Assembly (NCBI GenBank): GCA_963825865.1
Contig: CAWGVG010000049.1
Location: 1 to 62,704 of the forward strand
Direction of reading: 5' to 3'
Length of the DNA: 62,704 bases
From: an uncultured Nitrososphaeraceae archaeon
Lineage (GTDB): Archaea; Thermoproteota; Nitrososphaeria; Nitrososphaerales; Nitrososphaeraceae
Part shown: positions 1 to 11,515 of the stretch, one piece after another
Numbering within the stretch: position 1 is the first letter of the stretch
Layout: the number at the start of each line of letters is the position of its first letter
Position numbers and translations under genes: made by a program
Notes under the pieces: model-generated
Told to the model about the DNA's origin: nothing
Databases searched by the model: none
The model's input: the letters and a program-made list of their open reading frames with translations, nothing else

Positions 1-1388
1 CATTCCCTATGTATATGTGTAGATACAACCTCATTAACAGATTAATAATAATTTGAAATTCGAAATTGCTATTTTCCTATCACAATTTTGCCTCCTTGAT
101 AGTAATTACATTTCAAAATTTTGCATACAAAGTGTTGCTACAGCAAAGTGTTTGCTGCCTATATTAAAGAAAAAGGAGACAGCATCTGTCAATGGTGATG
201 GTAGTAGTGGAAGTGGATAACCAGGGAAGGGGCAGCTGAGATCGAATAGTAGTAGCAATGGATAACCAACAGCAACAATTAGGTAATGGCTGACTCTCAG
301 TCTTTTCCTTCACCTAAATTATAGTCTAATCTTTTTCTATTTAAAGAAAGTCTCCAAAATCGCTTCACTTGCAACATTGCTCCCCACATTAGCATCATTT
401 GGTACAGTCTACATCATTTGTTGGTGGCTTGTTCATTGAATGATTGTCACAATACTTTTTACAGTAAAGAGCTTATTTATTTCTTCGACCAACCAATTGA
501 GCTTTTATAAATTCTTTTGATTTTGAAGCCGGCTAATTATCAGTAATTTTTTGGCTAATTTGCTCTAATTCTCGTTACAGATTCTTCCTTATCGAATATA
601 CCACCATACTGTAGAAAAATATGTAATTACATATGTTCTTATGCGGTTTACATTAGTAATATTCAATACCCAATAGCTAGATGTCTAGAGCAATGGTTTT
701 ACCTTGTGCACCACCGGTAAAATTCACCAGTTAGGGCATGTAACCTTTGAAATGGAGTACATGCCCAAAGAAGTAAAAAGTGAAGGGGAAGAAGCTAAAT
801 ATGGCAAGACTCAGAATAATTAGCCTGTCACATTGCACAAGTTGGTTAGATGTCAAATGCGATGGAACGGTGCCGGCATTAGAAAAGGTAAGTTCTCTAA
901 ATGAAGGTTCTTTATGCTGGCTTAAGCTAAATGAAGACAGATCAAAGGCTAGGAGAGGCATTTACAAGATTACCGAACTCAAAAGGCAAAATTTTATTGC
1001 TGCCTGGATCGTTCTACTACAACAAATCTCCTTAGCTGAAATTTTGTTGTTTAATCTACCAACCAATTTATTACCAGTTATTACCTTCATCCTTAGTTTC
1101 AACGAGTCTAGTAGAATGTTTAAATGCATACTTAATTGATTGCACAACAAAATACTACCTGTAGTGTATTACTACTAACTAAATCACAAACTCGTTTTTC
1201 TATCCCGCTTTTATGACAGGAACTCAAAATGTGTGGCAACAACAATCAAAAAAATTTATTTGTTGTTATTTCGCCAGTTTCCTGTTCTTGCTTTTCTTCA
1301 CTTTCTTTATCGTCTCCTTTTCTTCACTTTCTTCATCATTGTAATGAGAGTATACTACCGACTATCGACTGTCTCATATTATAATCTA

Positions 1389-1683
1389 TTAAGATAGCTT
1401 ATCAATTACGTTAGCTGCTTCAGCCATTGAAAATGCTTTGAGTGTTCCAGTACGTATATTGCCTAGGCTTCCGGTAACTGAATAACACTGATGCTATTGC
1501 CTCATCATTTGGAGCCTCAATTACCGATACCATATCATATCTTCCAATCGTATAATAGAAGCCGAGAAATTTACAACCTGTTTTTTCTAATGCACTTCCA
1601 AAAGATTTAGCTCGTTTTACAGTATCTTTAACATTCTTTATTCCTTGATCTGTCCAGTTCACCAGTACGATATAATTTGGCAT
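1389..1683 (-). pseudogene. GYD domain protein, frameshifted near C-terminus
   Basis: MPNYIVLVNWTDQGIKNVKD...YYTIGRYDMV; the typical C-terminus TGSLGNIRTGTLKAFSMAEAANVIDKLS* continues in another frame to 1389. Confidence 0.8.
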
Positions 1684-1810
1684 TGTTATTGTTCAGCAAC
1701 TAAGAAAGCTAGTATGGATATATATAGATACACCGGATGCGGTTGCGAAATACAGGAAGACAAAATGTATAAGACAGTTACCATGAGAAGATTGGTCTGG
1801 ATATAACCAG

Positions 1811-2092
1811 TGGATTGGAGCCGATGGTGCTGCATTTCTTTCTGCAGGCGGGTACCATCATTACATTGGCATGAATACCTGGCATAGTTTGAACGGAGAA
1901 GCTCACTTGAGTGGAGAGGCAGGATTAGAATATTTTACAATAATAATCCCAGACAGGTCATTTGTTAAGACACTTGCTTCGCGTATACAACAACACAGCT
2001 CTATTACTTCTAATTCTAAACAGGAAAGCGAGAATCAACTGTCGTTGGTTTCTGATCCAGATCACATACAGTTTCTGATTAGGTCAGAGTAG
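1811..2092 (+). pseudogene. C-terminal fragment of a VOC/catechol 2,3-dioxygenase (CatE-like) glyoxalase
   Basis: In-frame GAAFLSAGGYHHYIGMNTWHS...GLEYFTI...DPDHIQFLI; N-terminal half absent. Confidence 0.75.
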
Positions 2093-2247
2093 TAGTGTAA
2101 AAAGAAGCCAACCAAGTTTTTAGTATCATGTTAATTCGCTTCGGTGCATGTATGTCATTAGCAATATCTGGCAGCAAATAATCTATGCTCTAGTTTAGTT
2201 AGTCAAAATCTGGAGAGCAGAGATATCCTTTTCTTTTAGCGGTCTGT

Positions 2248-2379
2248 ATGCCGGTCGTTGAAGAAAACATGCGACTGATGAAGACGCTGGATGACGCGTG
2301 GAATGCCTAGAACTGGGATACATTTGACGAACGTCATACTGAAGATGTCGCAGTGTCTTGGCCTGGTAAACATAGATAA
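2248..2379 (+). pseudogene. SnoaL-like (ester cyclase/NTF2) N-terminal fragment
   Basis: Hand translation MPVVEENMRLMKTLDDAWNA*NWDTFDERHTEDVAVSWPG; internal TAG, truncated. Confidence 0.65.
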
Positions 2380-2729
2380 ATAAACTTCAATAGCTCACTA
2401 GATATTAACTAAACTCATAGACAGCATAACAACCTGGTTAAGAATAATGATATTGATATCAAAACCACCTAACCGTTTGATATCAAATATGCAAACTTGG
2501 ATATCAAGAATTTGGTAAAAGCGAGAATGAAATTAATTTGCTGATATCAAGTGTAATATCAATCTGCTATATTACTATTAGATTGTATGCGAAGTGCGGG
2601 AAACTTATTTCAGTATGGGCTTTTACATTTAGCACAGGCAATAGGTGATCGTTTACTTTGTCTGTTTCTGGAGAACCAAATATGATCACAAACCTCATAT
2701 TTGAGACCTTGAACTTGTATTATTGCCAT

Positions 2730-2954
2730 TTACATTTCTGATCGACTATCTTCTACTATTATTCTACCTGTCTTGCAAATAGGACAGCATACTTGTTCCT
2801 CACAGGATATATTGCCAAGCTTTCCAGATAAATCACAGTACGATACATGCCATGAACATGATTGGCACAGAAGGAGATATTTTTTGTATACGAATAATGT
2901 TTGTTTTTGGTTATTATTGGTTATAGATCCTACACTATACATTTGTTCTAACAC
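2730..2954 (-). CDS. small zinc-ribbon protein
   Basis: Two CxxC pairs (CQSC, CPIC) in 74 aa; start overlaps the end of the carbonic anhydrase gene. Confidence 0.55.
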   Translation of the reverse strand: MLEQMYSVGSITNNNQKQTLFVYKKYLLLCQSCSWHVSYCDLSGKLGNISCEEQVCCPICKTGRIIVEDSRSEM

Positions 2955-3471
2955 TAATCCTTTTTTGTTTTATGTCTTCACCCACTCCTTCAAGCTTTCC
3001 AGTCCTCACGTCATATACGAACCCGTAGACCGGTATATCCTTTGGAAGAAAGGGGGTCGACTTTATCCTATCTACCTGATTCTTCACATTCTCCACAAGA
3101 TCTGAAAATGAGTGGAATTTGAGTTCGCTTGCATCTGCTTTGTACTTTTGGGCGAGCTTCTTTTGTAGGTCTTCATCAGCGAAGGTAAGCATTCCGCAGT
3201 CTGTATGGTTTACGACCAAGAACTCTTGTGTTCCAAGAAGCTCGTGGGAAATAATAAGTGAACGTATAGCGTCATCAGTAGCTATCCCGCCAGCGTTTCT
3301 TATAATGTGCGCTTCTCCTGTATTCAATCCCAGGAAGTCTTCCACGGTTAATCTCGCGTCCATGCATGCAAGTACCGCAAGTTTCCTCGAAGGTGGACTC
3401 GGCAGATTCCAATGCTTGAAATCCTTAGAATATTCCTCGTTTGCTGCGAGTATTTTATTTAGTTCAGCCAT
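2935..3471 (-). CDS. beta-class carbonic anhydrase (clade D-like)
   Basis: Zn-ligand motifs ACMDAR, RNAGG and HTDCGM; C-terminal GFVYDVRTGKL. Confidence 0.95.
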   Translation of the reverse strand: MAELNKILAANEEYSKDFKHWNLPSPPSRKLAVLACMDARLTVEDFLGLNTGEAHIIRNAGGIATDDAIRSLIISHELLGTQEFLVVNHTDCGMLTFADEDLQKKLAQKYKADASELKFHSFSDLVENVKNQVDRIKSTPFLPKDIPVYGFVYDVRTGKLEGVGEDIKQKRISVRTNV

Positions 3472-3740
3472 ATCAGATACTCTATATTAGAATATAGTAG
3501 GTTGGCAATATAACTAAATCCAAGTATGCAAAATAGATTGGATATGTGTATTATTATCATCATTTTTAAAAATAAAGCTGGGATCACTCACTCTGGACTG
3601 CTAGCAAGAGAATTGCTAGAATCAGCCATAACCAACAACAACTGAGTAGTTACCTTAGGATGGTCTGTGCCTTATCTCTTTTTTAAAAATGTATATAAAT
3701 TAATGTGTGCTCATGATTTGTTTTCTTGCATCCAATTTAA

Positions 3741-3908
3741 TTAAATCCCAGATTTGTGATTATTTTTGTCGCAAGAGCAGGAAAAACCACGACATTGACT
3801 ATGGTTCCCCTGCGTGCAATAACCACATATTGTTCTGAAATCTGATGCTACATCAGTAGCTATAAAGCCATCATCCTTATCCAATGGTATATCTGAATCA
3901 TCTTTCAT
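3741..3908 (-). CDS. 55-aa Cys/His-rich microprotein (below the ORF-track cutoff)
   Basis: MKDDSDIPLDKDDGFIATDVASDFRTICGYCTQGNHSQCRGFSCSCDKNNHKSGI*. Confidence 0.6.
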   Translation of the reverse strand: MKDDSDIPLDKDDGFIATDVASDFRTICGYCTQGNHSQCRGFSCSCDKNNHKSGI

Positions 3909-4276
3909 TAAATCAATTGTCTATCGAACTATGAATCTAATAAATATTGTTTGTATAGACGACAGGGTATATAAATGTATCTAAAAAAAGATGGCCTATG
4001 CCCCTAGTATCGTTACTAGTTGCTTTTGTATTAGTAATGAGTGGACCTGAGGGCAGTATAATAAACAGCAATTATGTCTATGCGGCCATAATAACTGCCA
4101 AGTAGTGCAAAATGAGGACATATATCTACACTACGTTATGGCAGTGGTTTACTTGTTAATCTTGTAGTAACTCTTGCAAAATAGTTTGCTACTAATATAT
4201 ACTGAATTGAATTAACTATGTTAATCATTGCCTATATAAGACAAAGTAGAAGAGATACAACAGTATATCTACACAT

Positions 4277-4726
4277 ATGTTAAATGCTAATAATAATGAT
4301 TACAATAAAAAGGAACAATTCACTACTGTATCGTCTTCTTCTTCTTCTTCCAGATACAGAATACTGAGCCTAATAGACAATTTTATCGAACAAATATTCC
4401 ATATTAGAAAAACACTCCTAGGAGTTTCTATTTCTGCATTGGTATTAGCTCCTATTGCAATAGGTCTTTCAGTATTCTTGTTACAGCACGCATCGTTTTT
4501 CGCAATCCTTGATATAGAAAATGAATTTGGAGACGTCCTTGCTGTGCTTTTAGGAACGATTATTATTATTTCTTCTATATGGCTTGTAGCAGGTATAAGG
4601 CAGTATCGGCTAATTAGTTCTTGGAAGAAAAGATATGGAGATTATATCAGAGAAAAACAAGAAATAGATAGAAAGATTGCGTCACAATATAGTAGTGAAG
4701 TTAGTAATAGTAGTAGTAATTATTGA
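4277..4726 (+). CDS. hypothetical membrane protein (2 TM)
   Basis: Two long hydrophobic segments, basic tail, poly-Ser N-terminus. Confidence 0.7.
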   Translation: MLNANNNDYNKKEQFTTVSSSSSSSRYRILSLIDNFIEQIFHIRKTLLGVSISALVLAPIAIGLSVFLLQHASFFAILDIENEFGDVLAVLLGTIIIISSIWLVAGIRQYRLISSWKKRYGDYIREKQEIDRKIASQYSSEVSNSSSNY

Positions 4727-4755
4727 TTGCTGTTTTTTTAAATAACTGCAATTTG

Positions 4756-5172
4756 TTATGTTGTTACTAGCCGCAAATGCTGTTCTTCTTGTTGATGATC
4801 TACTTCCTCTTGAAGACGACTTAGTTGTCTTGCTGGTTTTTTCTCTTCATTACTATTACTATTATTATAGACAACAAACTCTTTTCTTCTTGGGAACATT
4901 TTCTCATATGGTTCTAATATACTTCTACAAAACTCTATCCCTTTTTGTGTGGGCTTGTAGATTGCAACAATTCTTTTTCCAAATGGCAATTCGCTTTTGT
5001 TTATGAAACCATTTACCTGTAGTTCGTCAAGTATGCATCTATGCTTTTTCAAATTCAATCCACAAAAGCTAACTAATGCAGTCTGGTTTAGCTCACCATG
5101 CTCTACCAACTTTAGTATTATATCCTCAACGATGTAAATCCTGTCACGATACGATATTGGAGAAAGAGACAT
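4756..5172 (-). CDS. winged-helix DNA-binding protein (archaeal wHTH)
   Basis: YRDRIYIVEDIILKL...LNQTALVSFCGLN...YKPTQKGIEF pattern. Confidence 0.75.
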   Translation of the reverse strand: MSLSPISYRDRIYIVEDIILKLVEHGELNQTALVSFCGLNLKKHRCILDELQVNGFINKSELPFGKRIVAIYKPTQKGIEFCRSILEPYEKMFPRRKEFVVYNNSNSNEEKKPARQLSRLQEEVDHQQEEQHLRLVTT

Positions 5173-5694
5173 ATGTTAATTATATACCAGCGGTATAGTA
5201 TGCAATCAGCATATTATTATAATTAAGTTAACTATGTTAAGTAATGCAAAATCAATCCCGATAAGATGACAGAGTAAGGAAAAGAGCTATTCGGAGTTAT
5301 GGAATATTGAACAAAAAGGACTTTTACATATTCTAAAAGTCAAAATATGTGGCTATTACCAATTCGTCTATGCCTGTGTAGGTGACTAACCATTAATGAT
5401 ATAGCAAGTGAGAGTGATAGAACGGAACTATCGGATGTACAAAGAAGTCTCTATACAATGATTAGTAACAATAGTAGAGAATTCAGCCCCAAATGACAAA
5501 TATCAGGTCAAAAAGCGATTGAAGGTCAAGACCAAATGAAAGTCAATATAAGACAATGGAATGATTGGCGAATTGCTGAAATGAATTTTACAAAACTTTT
5601 GAATATTGCTTAGGACATTCTAGAAGTACGACAGCTAATTTTTGTAATACCCCTCGATATGGTCCTATTTTTTACATAATCGTTAGCAAATATA

Positions 5695-5754
5695 TAGACC
5701 TATGCTTCATATAACGCTTGGATGAATGGATATAAATATATCTATCTCAATCAT
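5695..5754. repeat. ~59-bp dispersed repeat, copy 1 (copy 2 at 18078-18136)
   Basis: TAGACCTATGCTTCATATAACGC(T/A)TGGATGAATGGATATAAA...TCTCAATCAT near-identical in both places. Confidence 0.85.
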
Positions 5755-6600
5755 GCCTGCTGTTTTTAAATCCGTCTTGTTATCATCATCTAATATCATA
5801 CAATACCTCTTTTGGGTCCTTATCAAATCCGATGAATAACGGAAATTTAGAAAATACAAGTTTAAAAAAGAATTTGAAATGCTTACAGAATCGTGTTCCT
5901 ATCATATCAGCTGTATATTCAGTTTGCTATAGGAATATAACCACATAGCTAATAGAGTTGTTCCAAAGCCGAAAAGGTGGGAACTAAGTTAAGTATCAAA
6001 TTATTCATCTACAAATGTGGTCCTACTCATGAGGAGATGGAAGATGTTTTGTAGCTGCCCGATCTTGAAAGAAAGAGACTGCAAAAACATTCATCTTCAT
6101 GAAACAACAGGAGTACCATCTCGTCTGCATATGAAATCTTGTAGTTTTGAAACTCATGATTAATTCGTACAAAAGTAAATAAAACAACTATAATAAATCG
6201 CCAACAAAATATATCAACTGATATAATTTGTATTCATACAGGATGACAGTAATGACGAATTAGTATTAATACTGCCATTATCAGGTTTATTGAAATCGAT
6301 AAACCCGACCTATAACACACAAATCAAACTAATAATTCGCTCAGTCAGTTTCTAATATAGGATGTGCTATATAGCAGATCCTATGGATATACATATATCT
6401 ATCTCATTTTCTGTTATCAAAAGCTGCCTACCAAAATATCTTATCTTTGATATCGTCCTGTTACCGTTTTGTACATATTTTAAGTCCTTACAAAAACTCC
6501 TATTATAAAGAAATTAACTAAAAACAAGTTTAAAAATAAATATAATACCAAAACCATGATAGCGTAACCGTGTCGTTGTATATCTTCCAATGTTCATTTC

Positions 6601-7047
6601 ATGGAGAAAATAACGATATACTGCAGCATTCTGTTCCTTTTATTGCTCGCTGATTGTGATGTAGATGACATCTCATCTGAAAATACTGATAATAACGTAG
6701 AAAATAACTACAATAATCCTGGAGAAACTTATATTCCTGTATCTTCGTCTCCACAAAGTAAGGACAAAAAAGTTGATGTCATTGGTGAAGTTATAAACAA
6801 TGCTCGCAGGCTAGTCAAGTTTAAGGATCTCTGTTCCAAACTTTCATCTTTTAGCCAGCCAATCCAAAATGTAATGCCGTCTCAACCAAACTTCAATATT
6901 TTATATTTCAACGAAGCTCTGAAAAACATACTGCCACTTACTATTACGAACTCACGACAAATCTTTGGATTTAGGATTTATACTTGCCGGAGATGTTTAG
7001 AAGCTCCTATTGAGCCGGTTTTTTACTCTTATGTACGTTATGTTTAA
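6601..7047 (+). CDS. hypothetical protein, probably chimeric or truncated
   Basis: 148-aa ORF ending shortly after a single CRRC motif. Confidence 0.35.
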   Translation: MEKITIYCSILFLLLLADCDVDDISSENTDNNVENNYNNPGETYIPVSSSPQSKDKKVDVIGEVINNARRLVKFKDLCSKLSSFSQPIQNVMPSQPNFNILYFNEALKNILPLTITNSRQIFGFRIYTCRRCLEAPIEPVFYSYVRYV

Positions 7048-7075
7048 TAAATATACAATAAAAAAGAATGATAAG

Positions 7076-7160
7076 GCTGCTACCACCTGTTACCAATTTT
7101 GTTATCCCTGCTACCTCCTTGTTACTACCTGCTTTCATCTGTTGCCACCTGCTACCAACT
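7076..7160. repeat. degenerate short tandem repeat (G(C/T)TACCACCT-like units)
   Basis: GCTACCACCTGTTACC...GCTACCTCCTTGTTACTACCTGCT...GTTGCCACCTGCTACC. Confidence 0.6.
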
Positions 7161-7456
7161 TATAATAAGATTATTTTGCTGATATTTCAGTTCGTTAGTT
7201 GATGTTAGTCGTTTCTTTAGATCTTTGAATGTTTTTTTGTTATTATTTATGCGTTGGCTCGCATTAGAAATTTTCGCTTCAATCTCGTATTACCAGAACT
7301 TAAAAAGTAAAAAAGAGAGGAACATGATAACTTGTTAGATGCCTTTATCTGCAATGTCGATATTGAGTGGCCTACTATCAGCCACTGCCATACTTTGTAT
7401 TATAGTTATTTTAGGAAATATAGGAATTTACAGAGATTCTATATTATTATCACCTA

Positions 7457-7654
7457 GAAGGGCCCTCTATTGGTGGAAAGGCATTTCCTTCTGTAGTAGC
7501 TTTCAAAGATGGTAAGTTACTCGTAGGAGAAATTGCTAGACGACAAATGATATCTAATCCTGAAGGTACTGTCTTAGCCGCAAAGAGGAAAATGGGAACA
7601 GATTTTAAATTCAATGTATTTGCTAAAGAGTATACTCCACAGCAGATATCTGCA
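7457..7654 (+). pseudogene. dnaK: internal fragment of Hsp70 chaperone DnaK, fused in frame to unrelated sequence
   Basis: [66 protein letters not shown]. Confidence 0.9.
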
Positions 7655-7886
7655 CGAAAACTTCAAAATAGGATAGCACAAGACACAGCAGGAATTGGTT
7701 TATGTTTGCATCCAGGAATTGAAGTCATTGGAGATTTTGATTATGAAATAAAAGGTAACCAAGGTATTCCAATGGCATATACAGTACATGATTTTGGAGT
7801 AACCAGACATTCAGATCAAACGAGAAAGGAGTATAACTTTGATGACGGTGGAGAATTTCTAATTGAAATGTATAGCCAACACTTTG

Positions 7887-8356
7887 TCATAGTACCTGTA
7901 TAGCTCCACTATGATTACCCAAGCTATCAAGAGCTGCACCCTTGTCATTTAACGCTCCAATTTTATGCGGGTCAATAGCTAATGCCTTATTATAATATAC
8001 TATAGCTCCCGTATAGTTTTTTAAATTATAAAGATCACGGCCTTTGTTATATAATGCTGAAGTGTCATATGCGTCTACAGCTAATGCCTTATCGTAATAT
8101 TCAATAGCTCCAGTATGGTTACCTAAATCATCAAGAGCTAGACCTTTGTTAGTTAATGCAAAGACATTCTTCGGATCTATAAACAATGCCTTATCGTAAT
8201 ATACTATAGCTCCACTATAGTTTCCTAATTTTTCAAGAACATTACCTTTGTTATATAATGCTGCAACATCATGTGGGTCTACAGCTAATGCCTTATCGTA
8301 ATATACTATAGCTCCAGTATCGTTTCCCAAGTCGTCAAGAGCATTACCTATGTGAT
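7887..8356 (-). pseudogene. TPR repeat protein fragment
   Basis: 34-aa repeats LGNxTGAIxYYDKALAxDP...ALxNKG; truncated at both ends. Confidence 0.85.
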
Positions 8357-8910
8357 TTAATAGATTGTATCGAATGACGGTTCGTTATATTCTAATTTTT
8401 TTCCAGGATATAGTATAAGTGGAACTTCCATATCTCCAGTTACAACATTTGTCTGAGGATCAATAGCTTCTTTTACCATTATTTCATTTCTGCTATACTT
8501 TCCCCTTTGACTTCTTGACCAAGTTATTGATCCATGCAGCTTATACAATAGTACATCTTCACCTCTACCAGAAAAATATCCAGTTCATTCATGAGCAAAA
8601 CCGTCAAAATATTTTTTGGAATTTATAACACAAAACCGTTCAACACAAATATCATAATTGGTAGAAAAAATATGCAATGGCTTGTAAAGAGATATGAAGT
8701 CAGATAGCGGTTGTAAATATTGGATATCTATCTCCTTTTTGCCAGTACTTATTGCAACTGAGCGTTTTAATATATCAGACAAGAACTTTTTTTTGCTTGC
8801 GTATTTAACCTCTAATTGCTGGTATTTAGTTAATTTCAGATTATTATTCACAAAAAATTGGGATAAAACATTGTCATCTCTATCCTCAATCTTTTCTATC
8901 GCTTCGAGAC
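8357..8910 (-). pseudogene. SIR2-like (SIR2_2) domain fragment with internal TGA
   Basis: IFSTNYD...YFDGF and LYKLHGSITW motifs in one frame across the stop at 8585-8587. Confidence 0.8.
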
Positions 8911-8912
8911 TT

Positions 8913-9110
8913 GTAGATTTAAGACAGAGTACAACACCAGAAATATAGATAGGGTATGATAAAGCGAGAGCTCCAATCGGAAATCCTGAAGGCTTCAAAC
9001 CAGATGAGACAGTTTCATACTTAATTCCATCTAATACAAATTTCAAACCTCACATAGCATATCTTCAAGGCAATTGGAAAAACAACGCCGGTAACATTGT
9101 TTTGACATAA
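8913..9110 (+). pseudogene. fragment of the C-terminal domain of a DipZ-like redoxin
   Basis: STTPEI*IGYDKARAPIGNPEGFKPDETVSYLIP...AYLQGNWKNN. Confidence 0.55.
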
Positions 9111-9201
9111 GTTAAGTATCTGCACAATACCTGCTTATCCAGCAACAGGTATTTTGTATACTCAAAACAATCCAGAATTCATTAAGTATTCGAGCTCAAC
9201 T

Positions 9202-9452
9202 ATGAAACAGCAAGAGCAATGACAATAGCAACAAGTATAGCGGAGAAGAGACAAAGTACAAGAAGCTTTGCAGCAAAGGATATAGTCAAAGACAGATATC
9301 GCACATGCTGCAAGTTGGACTGGCTACCATAAATAGAGACATATCATACCTGAGAAATCAAGCTAAAACCAACATCAAAAGATACATTGATGAAAGACTA
9401 CCAGAAGAGTATGAGAAATGTCTAGTTGGGTTGACAGCAATTCTAAAGGAAG
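9202..9452 (+). pseudogene. HTH protein (putative small-terminase-like family), decayed N-terminal part
   Basis: RRRDKVQE/LCSKGYSQRQISHMLQVGLATINRDISYLRNQAKTNIKRYIDERLPEEYEKCLVGLTAILKE with stops and a frameshift. Confidence 0.6.
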
Positions 9453-9644
9453 AACACCACTATTAGTCTAGTGGTGTTCTTATATTCCGCTACCAAACTG
9501 AAAGCTCGGGATAATCTGGCTATTTTTATTTCTGTTTCTTGAAGTTTATGGATTTGAAACGTTGGGAGCTTTGGTTGCAGATTTTCTAACCGGTAAGTTT
9601 CCTATAATCATGAAGACAGACATATCCAGAGCCTTGATTCTAAT

Positions 9645-9900
9645 ATGCAAAGCAATGGTATGCAGACAACAGTAAATGGACAATTCGAACCAACTTTTTA
9701 CAAAAATATAGATTTAGACGATATGCTAAATTATCTGTTAAACATCAGAAAGTTTCAAAATCACAATGCCAGAAGCTTGGTCAATTATTTCCGTAGCTTT
9801 CGAGACATATTTTTTGGTCCTGATCCTGCAGAAATTCTAAAGTTAAAACCACATAAGAGATCATGGATTCTGCAAGCAATCCGACATTTTGGAAATTACA
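9645..9900 (+). pseudogene. possible N-terminal fragment of an archaeal integrase
   Basis: Resembles N-terminal helical halves of Nitrososphaeraceae integrases; no catalytic residues visible. Confidence 0.3.
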
Positions 9901-10394
9901 ATGGCAATACAATCGTTTCAAGAAATACAAAGTAAAATCAGAAATCAGAATATCTGAAGAAGATGCAACAGCAAGGTTCCTAAGAGTAAACAAGTAACTA
10001 TCTAGGAATAGTAGCTATTACATGATGATTATCTTCACATACAACACAGCCTCGTTATGGCATAGATGAAGTAGAAGAGGTACTTTCTCAAGATACAATC
10101 CTATATTCTCTGTAGGATTGTAGCTCCCACCCAATCCTCCTCGTCTTGTTGAGTTGGAAAACCTCCAAGTGCTGTGTCCCGTTGTTCCTAAACAGGTCAT
10201 CCCTAGCAGCACCATCGCATCATGATTCTTTTTCGGTATTCTGTAGACAAAGAGCACGACCTGACTTCCAATCTCTTCTTGCATTTCCTTTATGTTTGAT
10301 TTACTCATGGGTAGCAGTATGTGATGCATAGTTTAAAAAATGACGATGATAACTATCAACTGCTATAGAATACATTGCAAAGATGTACATTTGT

Positions 10395-10910
10395 ACCATG
10401 TTGGAAGCTGCTTCCAAGCCGGAGGGCCAGATTTTTCAGCAAGAATTGATAGACTAGGTGGCTTCTGCGTAGTGGCCATGATGTCAGCTTGAGCCGGATC
10501 TTACATCTTGAGAAAACATATCGTGGAATAGGTCTGGGTTTATGTATGCAAATCCTCCACTATCGGTTTTCAAAAAGTCTTTTGGAAGCTTTTTGACGTC
10601 GAAGAAATCGCCTAGGATTGGCAAGCAACGTAAACAAGTCCTGTGACATTGGGATTATTATAAGCAGCGTTTGTGATTACTATTCCACCATATGAGTGTC
10701 CGACAAGAATTGTTGGTCCACCAACAGCTCAATTGCACGCTTTACCGTAGCGATGTCATCTGCCAAAGAATGAAGAGGAAGCTGTACAGCTATAACTTTA
10801 TGTCCTGTGTTCTTTAAAATGGGAATCACTTTGCTCCATGAAGATCCATCAGCCCAAAAACCATGGACTAAAACGATGTTCATACTAGTGGTTGCGTTGT
10901 TTGTTGCCAT
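10395..10910 (-). pseudogene. alpha/beta hydrolase, multiply frameshifted and truncated
   Basis: IVLVHGFWADGSSW; GHSYGG nucleophile elbow in a shifted frame; ...GPPAWKQLPTWY. Confidence 0.85.
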
Positions 10911-11515
10911 ACCCTGTACTCGGGGTATATTGCAAGCCTATCTATATATACTCCATATCGGGAATCTTCTGTTCTGCTATGTTGAGTATTAAAAGTTATA
11001 ATAGAAAAAAAGATTCTGCAATTTTAGCACAGTAATTCTATAGGCATATGTAGTAGAGTATGGATATTTGTCAAAGACCCCCCATAATTCTTTGACTTTT
11101 CCATCTTCATTCTTTATGAAAAAACTTGGAAATAAGCTTTGACATTAATCTATCAGTTGTTATAATTCTATTCTAAACGTGTTAGAATAGCGGTGACGCA
11201 AATCTAAGTCTTCCTCAATATGCTCCTTCAAAGGAAGACACAAAACTAACACGTATTTCCCAAGCAAAATAAACAATGTCGTTCTATAGTTCGGCACTTA
11301 ATGGTAATAAAGAGGGAACGAATTTTATTAAGGATTTTGGGTCTATAGACCTATACATGTTGTCTTGAACATAATACTGAGCAGCTAGGATTGCATTTCT
11401 CTTTAGATAGAATTTTAAATATAGGATTATTGTTGTTGGAGTTCTAAATACATATATGCATGGTAACTTTGCAGTCAAAGCATAGTCAATATCATCTGTA
11501 TTCAAGCCACAAGAA

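Noticed and set aside
731-1150. ORFs on both strands at 731-1150
   Set aside because: No recognisable motif, and I cannot tell which strand, if either, is coding.
2773-3490. Plus-strand ORFs 2773-3105 and 3119-3490, and many similar antisense ORFs in the track
   Set aside because: They are shadows of real genes on the opposite strand, with no motifs of their own.
4330-4352. Trinucleotide tracts (TCT/CAA/AAT) as contingency loci
   Set aside because: These in-frame poly-S/Q/N tracts are pervasive here and do not shift reading frames.
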